Made by a program: the position numbers and the translations under genes. Shown one piece after another: positions 55,391-64,000 of a stretch of DNA of 64,000 bases (the stretch's first letter is position 1; the number at the start of each line of letters is the position of its first letter). The notes under the pieces were generated by a model. That model saw nothing but the letters and a program-made list of their open reading frames with translations. It ran no database searches and had not been told where the DNA came from. Origin of the DNA: the human T2T-CHM13v2.0 reference genome, Homo sapiens. The DNA lies in NCBI RefSeq assembly GCF_009914755.1, contig NC_060927.1. The stretch is one strand, 5' to 3'.

Positions 55391-55519
55391 TGTTACCCTG
55401 ATGCTTCCAAGTTCCCCTTCTACTCACCACAGGGATTGCTTAAGAGTACTTGGGTGTCCTCCAGCTTAGTTCCACATTCTCCAACCATTGCTCTGGTGAC
55501 CCTTTGACCTGAGTTCAAG

Positions 55520-55538
55520 CCCCACATATGGGTAACAC
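55520..55538 (-). promoter_or_regulatory. Degenerate tRNA-Lys primer binding site
   Basis: tgttacccatatgtggggc right after the 5' LTR versus the Lys PBS TGGCGCCCAACGTGGGGC. Confidence 0.7.
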
Positions 55539-55539
55539 T

Positions 55540-56047
55540 TGTCGAGACCAGTTTAGTCATGGAGACCCTAACCAGCGGCGCTAGAGGAATTAAAGACATA
55601 CACACAGAAATATAGAGTGTGGAGTGGGAAATCAAGGGTCTTACAGCCTTCAGAACTGAGAGCCCTGAACAGAGATTTACCTGCATATTTATTGATAGCA
55701 AGCCAGTGCTAAACATTGTTTCTATAGATTATAGATTAACTAAAAGTATTCCTTATGGGAAACAAAGGGATGGGCCAAAACAAAGGAATGGGTTTGGCTA
55801 ATTATCTGCAGCAGGAACATGTCCTTAAGGCACAGATCGCTCATGCTATTGTTTGTGGTTCAGGAACGCCTTTAAGCAGTTTTCTGCCCTGGGTAGGCCA
55901 GGTGATCCTTGCCTTCATTCCAGTAAACCCACAACCTTCAGCATGGGTGTCTTGGCCATCATGAACATGTCACAGCGCTGCAGAGATTTTGTTTATGGCC
56001 ATTTTTGGGGCCAGTTTATGGCCACACTTGGGGACCTATTCCCAACA
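55540..56047 (-). mobile_element. MER9 5' LTR
   Basis: Minus strand tgttgggaataggtcccc...ggtctcgaca; about 13% divergent from the 3' LTR by hand count, many differences at former CpGs. Confidence 0.95.
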
Positions 56048-56062
56048 ATAAGAGCTAACTAA

Positions 56063-56362
56063 TCCGGGAATGGTGGCTCACGCCTGTAATCCCAGCACTT
56101 TGGGAGGCCGAGGCAGGTGGATCATGAGGTCAAGAGATTGAGACCATCCTGGCCAACATGGTGAAACCGTGTCTACTAAAAATACAAAAATTAGCCGGGC
56201 GTGGTGGTGCACACCTGTAGTCCCAGCTACTTGGGAGGCTGAGGCAGGAGAATTGCTTCAATTGGGGAGGCGGAGGTTGCAGTGAGCCAAGTTCACACCA
56301 CTACACTCCAGCCTGGCAATAGAGCAAGACTTCGTCAAAAAAACAAAACAAAACAAAACAAA
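56063..56362 (+). mobile_element. AluSc-like
   Basis: ggatcatgaggtcaagagattgagaccatcctggccaac; cctggcaatagagc; (AAAAC)n tail; TSD-like aagagctaa / aagaactaa. Confidence 0.9.
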
Positions 56363-57890
56363 AAGAACTAAAAATTGAGGGAAAGAGTCACCATTTTAGT
56401 TAAATAGATAAAGATATGCCATTTTTAAGAAAAAAGAAAGTAGCCAAAGGCAATGTGGAACAAATGCAACAAAAACTGAACATCTGAGATATACATCTGA
56501 AAATCTACAAGAGGAAAACTCCATTTGAGAAATAAAATTACTATTTTAAATAAAAAAAGATAGGAATTTTAACTTAGACTTAGGGAAATTTAATGAAAAC
56601 TGTAAACAGAAAAAACCCACAGATCAGAATATGGAAGAAAATTTAAAGAAACAGATTTTATAATTAAACATCAAAGCCTTCTGAATTTTTTTAATTAAGA
56701 GCAAATCAATACTCCAAGAAAACCCTGTTGTTTAATACAGGGGTCAAATTTAATTTATTCTATCAGTGTACATTTTCTACTAATGCTCAATTTTAAAAAA
56801 ACTTATAGTAATTCTCTTTTAATTTTAGTCAACTTCATCACACATAAATTCTGTCTTATCAGATTGATCCTTCATAAACTTTTTCCAACTTGCTTAAGCC
56901 TTCTATCACTTGCTCAAACCCTTTACAAATTGTTTAAACCTTTAGTTTTGTCCTATGTTTTTCTTTCTTATATTTAAACAATAATTCTACCTTAAGAAAA
57001 AACTTGTATTTCTTTTTTCCTTATTATTTCAACTACACAAGACTCTTCCTTATACAAAAATACAAACTCTTTCTCTTTTTAACTTTTCTTACCAAAAATA
57101 CATCCTGTAACTTTCTTTGCATCTGTCTCCTACTTACTAGTTCCTTTCTGCCTTATTTTATTTCCTTTGGAAATTCACATTTTGAAAACAATCTTTAAAT
57201 AACCTTCAAACTAGACAATATTATTCTTTTTCTCAACAGAAGAACACATTTTTATGCCTTATTTATAACTTTTCTCATCTAAAACACATCTTTTCTTCTT
57301 GTATAAGTTCCAAATAGAATTACACGTTAATTAGAATATCTAGCTCTTAGTAATCTTTTTAGTGAAAACCTAGAAAGGAATTTTGAACTGTTTTTTACAT
57401 ACAAAATATGTATGCTTTTTACGTACAAAGTATGTACGTAAAAAACAGTTCAACATTTTCTATTTTTTTTAAATTGAATGCAAATATAATGTCTTCTATG
57501 AAATGTAGAATGCCAAAAGTAAATAAACTTGAACCTATGATTAAAAATTAATGTTCCCATATTTTAACTTCTTAGAAATAACTCATTTATGAATATCTAT
57601 TGTTTAAGATTTCAAAAAATTTTAATTCTAAATGTTTATCCCATTTACACTTACATGATTTATTAATTCTTTATAATTATACTTAGCTTACTTGGAAAAA
57701 CTGAGATACCTGACCAAGCTAGTCATCATTTTGAGCTATTTACCTGGTAGGGAAAGACCCTAAAGGTTAAATACATTTTTTTTTTTGTTTCACTGCTATG
57801 CTTGATATACAGGTAACAATGGCCACTGCACTTTTATCTGCAATCTTGTCATTAGTTCAAACTCATACGTTTATGATCTAAAATATGTAA

Positions 57891-58599
57891 TGTAATCATC
57901 TGATGGGTTTTTTTCTGTCTTCTGCACAGACAAAATCAGTTTACTGACACTCTGGTACTGTAGTAGAGAGATAGTATAACTGTCACAAGGCCAGCCCACA
58001 TGGGAGAACTACAGTTATCACTTAAATCAGTCTCTCCCAAGGCTTGGAGTTCATATTTTTTATTGACAATTTGGTGGGCAGGCGGGTAGGGGATGGTTGC
58101 TTCCTATTAGTTGGAGATGAAATCATAGGGGTGTGGAAAACAGCCCGAGGTGCTGAGTCCACCTCTAGCTAGGGCCACAGGATTAGTTAAGTAATGGTTT
58201 ATAAGCCCAGGTGGGGTTGGTCTCACAGATATTTTAAAACACCAATTTCAGGTTCTACAGTAGTGATGTTATCTATAGCAATTGAAGGAGTCACAAATCT
58301 TCTGACCTCTGGCCACATGACTCCTGAGCAGTAATGGATTATAGTAACTATATTTTAGCAGAGTTTGGCCCCTCCCATAATCATATTCTTGCTAATGAAG
58401 GTGGTTGTCAGTCCCTGTGCAAGGAGGAGGTTAGTTTTAGGGAGGAACTATTATCATGCTTGCTTTCAAGTTAAACTAAAAATTAAATTTCTTCTAAAGT
58501 TAAATTGACCTATGCCCAGAAATGATCAAGGACAGCTTGGAGGTCAGAAGCAAAATGACTGATTTATTTTATTGTCATAATTTTGCAAAGGTGGTTTCA
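57891..58599 (-). mobile_element. Solo LTR8-family (LTR8A/B-like) LTR
   Basis: Ends ttgtcataattttgcaaaggtggtttca (reverse complement of TGAAACCACCTTTGCAAAATTATGAC); begins tgtaatcatctgatgggtt. Confidence 0.85.
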
Positions 58600-58994
58600 C
58601 TGACAGAAATAAAGATATCTGTCTGCATCATATTTAATGCTGAAAACTCTGAAAATATGCCTGCTTTACTTAAATTGATAATATTACATTGCCAGTTTTT
58701 TACTGAAGTCACATGAAATTGAAAGATATTTGAGTTAATTACTTTTTTGCTGATTACTTATTTAAATTTTTTTCTTTAAGGCAACTAAATAGAACTTTTC
58801 AAATGTGTTTTTGTAGAAAAAATACTATATACATATAACATAAACATATAAAAACATACAGACAACACAAATAAAGCTCATATGTTTTTCATTTTAACGT
58901 TTCAGTAATAAAACAGTAAAATATAGTAATATAAACTTACCAGTTTTAAAAGAACATTTGGATTTAAGCTATGCTTTAGATAAAATAAGACAAA

Positions 58995-59298
<304 letters not shown>

Positions 59299-60790
59299 TT
59301 AAATTTTGAGATTTGTATTTGCCCTTGATAGGTAATCTTATGAAGACAATGGACCAAATTTATCGTGGAGAAGTAGATATTTTTTTCCTTTACTTTTCCC
59401 TCTCTTCTTTTAGTTTTAAATTAGTGTAGGGGTTAATTCCTTATATGTTTTTGTTTCACTACAATTCCATAAAAATATCTTTAAGCAGGCTTTGATGTCC
59501 ATAACACCATATCTCTATTTATGTTTCAATTTGTAAGACAAGGACAATTGCAGCAGTAAGTTTTATCTTAACACATGTGAAAAAGTCAGCAGATTCAGAG
59601 TAAGCGAAGTAAAAACAGACTGAGAGAGGGTAGAAGTCTCTACATGCAAGCATTCCAGTCAAACTATTTAACCCCAGAGTTGTATTATTATTTTTTTAAA
59701 TTCTAGCTATAAAAGAAACAAGCTTAGGGAGTTCAAATAGTCCTCATAATGGCCATCAGCTCTAAATTATCTTTGATGTAATGTTTCCATCGATTTAAAA
59801 TGTGCACAAGAATAAGTCTTAATATTAGAACATACAACCAGCTTAAGTACTTGAAAGCCTGGCATGATTTAATAATTGAGAATCTCATTTCATTTCTTAT
59901 TAATTCTTGAGAGAAAAAGAAAATTCTATAACTTTTATCAAAAAAATGAAGAGCTTGGGCAAAATGTTTTGCTTTGACTAGTGTACCTGGCACAGAATTA
60001 TTTTTGTTTTGTTTTGTTTGTTTGCTTTAAGTAACGTGGCGTATAGCCTTTGCCCTAGTTGTCTGACCTGTGATCAAATTTTTCCTGTTGCATGGAAATT
60101 TTCTTGAGACTGGCAAGCAAATCTTGCTGGTCTGTGACCCCGTTCATCATCACATGAAAGACTTTGCTCTTTGAAGGCTGGAGTCCCTCCTACATGGTGG
60201 TGAATAGCCTAAGGACTTTTAATTGGTCAACCCATGCTCACCACTGGGTATGTTTATTTTTGCTCCCCAAAAAATGTTTAGAAAATAATCAGGGAAAATA
60301 AAGTAAAAGAGCCAAATCATTTACAGATGTGTATAAACAATCAGAAGTGAAACCAAAAGTAGAGTACTCACCAAAGTCTGAAACCAGACAGACAGATAAA
60401 ACAAAATATTAAACCAGTATACAGGAAAAAGCAATCAAAAGTGAATTAACCAGAAAAGACATCTTCAAAAAAGAACATAGTTTCTATAGAAAGTACATGC
60501 AGCAGAAGGACAATGTCCTTATACCAGAAAGTCATGCTAGAAAAGACAAAAATGTGTTTGATAGTCTCAGAAGGGATGAAGTTTTCTTAACAAGGTAGCT
60601 TCATTCAAACCAGACACCAAATAAAGCCAGCAGGGAGCTGCTGCCACAGAGAGGGAGCTTTGTATAACTTGAGAGGAAGGCTCACCAGGAAAGAAAATGC
60701 TTGCTATGGAAACACAGAGCTAAAAATACTCCAGTCGGTACCGCACATGTTTCCAAGGGCTGCTATCTCTTCAAGGTGAGCTTGCTTTAG

Positions 60791-60808
60791 GTCCCATTGC
60801 TGTCACCA
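60791..60808 (-). promoter_or_regulatory. tRNA-Leu-like primer binding site of the outer ERV1
   Basis: TGGTGACAGCAATGGGAC versus TGGTGGCAGCGGTGGGAT (14/18), 5 nt downstream of the 5' LTR. Confidence 0.65.
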
Positions 60809-60813
60809 AATTA

Positions 60814-61300
60814 TGTATACCTAAATAACAAACAGAGAGAGGCTCTCTAAAGATATTTAGTTTACTTGAGATTAGCAGGGCATTGCAATGCAGAATATAC
60901 ATGCCATGGTAGCCATGGACACATTTAGGAAGGCAAAGAAAGACAAGGGATTTTGAAGGCAAAATGAGAAAGATTGCATACATGTTTTAAAATAATAATT
61001 CTTGGCTACAAAGATTAATAACAAGAATAGCATCACTCTGACTTTGAACAGGCAGCAGATGTCCTAACAGAGAGATGGAGAGTGAGAGAGAGTGTGTGTG
61101 CGAACGCATGAGTGTGTGAGTGTGTTTGCAAGGTTGTGGTGGCCTTTTTTGCAATGCTATGGTTTTATGGCAGAGTGTCCTGTGATACTCGTAGTTATTA
61201 GACAAATATGCATGAGTGTCTTCCCTTCATGGCTTTCCCCAGCTTCATTTTGTCAGAGTTTGACACAAGTGACTCCATTTTGAATCTGACAGCTTTCACA
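60814..61300 (-). mobile_element. 5' LTR of the outer ERV1 (MER65-like) with an internal GA/GT microsatellite
   Basis: Minus strand starts tgtgaaagctgtcagattcaaaatggagtcacttgtgtcaaac; homologous to 39908-40341. Confidence 0.82.
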
Positions 61301-61561
61301 ACAAGACAGTAGAAACTGTGATATTTATTACCACTCAGAACATAAATTACAAGATAAGCTGATGAAGTACAGTGTATGTAGAATGTTAAACTCTAAATTT
61401 CCATTTGTTGGATTACACAATAAAGTTCTTAATAGAGAAGGGACCACACTCTCTGAGAAAATATGAAGCCATGGAAAAACATAATGGAACTGTCCTCTAT
61501 TCCCTCATTATAGTTCCAGGCCATATGTACCTGGGAAAAAAATTACAAAGATTTTTCATAA

Positions 61562-61978
<417 letters not shown>

Positions 61979-62009
61979 TAATCTGAGTTTCAGATCCCTG
62001 TAACACAGA

Positions 62010-62250
62010 GCATCAGGCATTGAAGTGGTTCATTCTATTGATTCTGAAGTCAGAATGTTTATATTCAGATACTGCTCTGCCACATTGGTTCTCTAAATAT
62101 TACTTCATCTCAGTGTGCTGATTTTTTCAACTATTAAATGGAAGTAATAATGGAACCCATTTTATAGAATTATTTGAAAAACTAACAAATAAAACATGCC
62201 AATACTTTGATCAGTGCCTGGCAAAGAGTAAATATTCAATAAATGCTATC
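62010..62250 (+). mobile_element. MIR
   Basis: ttacttcatctcagtgtgc..taaatggaagtaataat..cagtgcctggcaaagagtaaatattcaataaatg. Confidence 0.7.
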
Positions 62251-62597
62251 TATTTTTTAAAAACAAAAAAACTATTCTGTTTTGTTTACAAGTGCTTGTA
62301 TCTTTGAACCCAAATTAGAAGATTGTATGTCTCAAGTTTCTATAATCCTAAAATCAACACATCAAAACCCCATTCCATTGAGTTCTAATATTAGCCCCAA
62401 GATACTCTCTTTACCTTCACATTTTTTAAGACTTTCAATCCTACTTTAACATCAAGTCACAATCTTTCCATGAAAACTGCCTTTCAGCACATCTAATAGA
62501 AAAATAAAAATTATTTTCCTGTATTTCACATGGAGTAATGATAAGAGTAAGGGCTTTCAAATCAGATTGGTTTATGATTAAAACTCAACCCTGGAAG

Positions 62598-62963
62598 TGA
62601 TGTGGTTTGGTTCTGTGTTCCCACCCAAATCTCACCCCAAATTGTAATCACCGTGTGTCGAGTAAGGGAGGTGACTGGATCATGAGGGTGGTTTCCCCAT
62701 GCTGTTTCATTAGTGAGTGAGTTCTCATGAGAACTGATGGTTTTATAAGTGTTTGACAATTCCTCCTTCACATGCTCACTCTCTCACTCTCTCCTGCCAC
62801 CTTGTGAAGAAGGTGTCTGTTTCCCCTGTTGCCATGATTGTAGGTTTTCTGAGGTCCTGAGGCCTCCCCAGCCATGTAGAACTGTGTCAACTGAACCTGT
62901 TTTGTTTAGAAATTAGCCAGTCTTGGATAATATCTTTATAGCAGTGTGAAAACTGAAAATATA
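62598..62963 (+). mobile_element. THE1D/MSTA-like solo LTR inserted into a MIR
   Basis: LTR motifs; perfect TSD GGAAG at 62593-62597 and 62964-62968. Confidence 0.9.
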
Positions 62964-63444
62964 GGAAGTTACTAGCTCTGTGACCCTGTGAGTTACTTAA
63001 CTACTTTGCACCTCAGTTTCCACATTCATAAAACGCATTCTGTTTGAATTAAATGAGAAAAATACCTGGGAGATTAACTGATACAGATAACATGCTCAGC
63101 AAATAACTTTTATCGTAGCCTGATTGTTTCTCCATAAAACTGAAGGCTTTGTTCAGTCTTCATTAAAATATTCACAAGAAAATAAACAGATGTTAACTTT
63201 TTTCCTAAAGACCTCAGTATCTTTCCTTCAATAATATGGACCTGTTAGTTCCTAAAAAATTGTGTTGAACACTTTTTTCCATGGCTTTCTTCTCCCATGT
63301 AAAATTTGGTATTACATTTTTCTTTTAGATTCCATTCAAAGCGCAAAAATGCTTCTCTCTAATACTATCCATGTATATTTCATTCTCTGATATGACACCA
63401 GAATTTATTACTTTGCAGCTGATTCTCTAATCTAGACCACTAAT

Positions 63445-63545
63445 TTAGACATTCTATAGACGTTTAAAGTCTGTATAGACATTCTATAGATGTCTTTAGA
63501 CGTTTTATAAATGTCTGTAGTCTCTATAGACATTCTATAGAGACT
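63445..63545. repeat. Self-complementary micro-repeat cluster
   Basis: tagacattctataga x3 plus nested inverted repeats. Confidence 0.85.
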
Positions 63546-63814
63546 CTAACACCATAATAAGTATCTCTGTTATCACAGTTTAGACTATGTTAATTCCCTT
63601 ACCTATGAGTAACTTTTTTCATTTTATTTAATGTGCTTTTTCTTAGTTTGTTTTATAGCATCTTCCCTAAGATTCATCTTTCTCTTTATCACACATGGTT
63701 CCCTGAGATTAATATTCTAATTTCAGTTGATTCAAAATTCTGAAAGGTCAAATTACATATCTTGATATTTTTAAAAGTCACATAAGTTTACTCTTCTAAC
63801 ATCAACCACTACTC

Positions 63815-64000
63815 TTCTTTCTTTTTTCTTTTCCTTTTTCTTTCTTTTTTTTTTTTTTTTTTTTTTTGAGACACTGTCACCTATCTGGAGTGACACCCAG
63901 GCAAGAGTGCAGTGGTAAAGTGAACTGCTCAGTGAAGCCTAGACCTCCAGGCTCAAGTAATCTGTCTGCCTCAGCATCCAAAATAGCTGGGAATACAAGT
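63815..64000 (-). mobile_element. AluJ-like, cut by the window edge
   Basis: T-rich tail, then gagac..cacccaggc..gagtgcagtgg..ggctcaagtaatc. Confidence 0.8.

Larger units (their letters stand above)
50034..56047 (-). mobile_element. HERV-K(HML-3)/HERVK9 provirus, two LTRs, internally deleted
   Basis: MER9 LTRs, PBS, PPT, gag-pro-pol-env remnants; TSD ATAAG at 50029-50033 and 56048-56052. Confidence 0.95.

Overview
Gene-poor, AT-rich, CpG-depleted primate (human-like) genomic DNA dominated by decayed transposable elements. I see no intact protein-coding gene, RNA gene or CRISPR array. The first 39 kb holds an ERVL/MLT2 remnant, MaLR LTRs (MLT1, THE1, MST), DNA transposon fossils, Alus, and two minus-strand L1s that keep their 5' ends but have internal deletions: an L1MA-like copy (4.3-11.4 kb) and an L1PB-like copy (33.9-39.1 kb). 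From 39.9 to 61.3 kb lies a ~21 kb nested ERV complex. Its outer element is an old two-LTR MER4-group ERV1 (MER65-like LTRs, tRNA-Leu PBS, env remnant). It contains a second ERV1 internal region with a gag remnant and an antisense LTR8 fragment, a two-LTR HERV-K(HML-3)/MER9 provirus with a target site duplication (TSD), a solo LTR8 and two Alus. The most notable details are several fold-back/template-switch scars (including a perfect 24-bp inverted repeat in HML-3 env), a candidate L1 3' transduction, an inverted insertion inside an L1 that looks templated from the same L1, and in-frame deletion fusions (Gag-dUTPase/protease and ORF1-ORF2). I found no convincing new biological system. Family names are from recalled consensus sequences and need RepeatMasker/Dfam confirmation.
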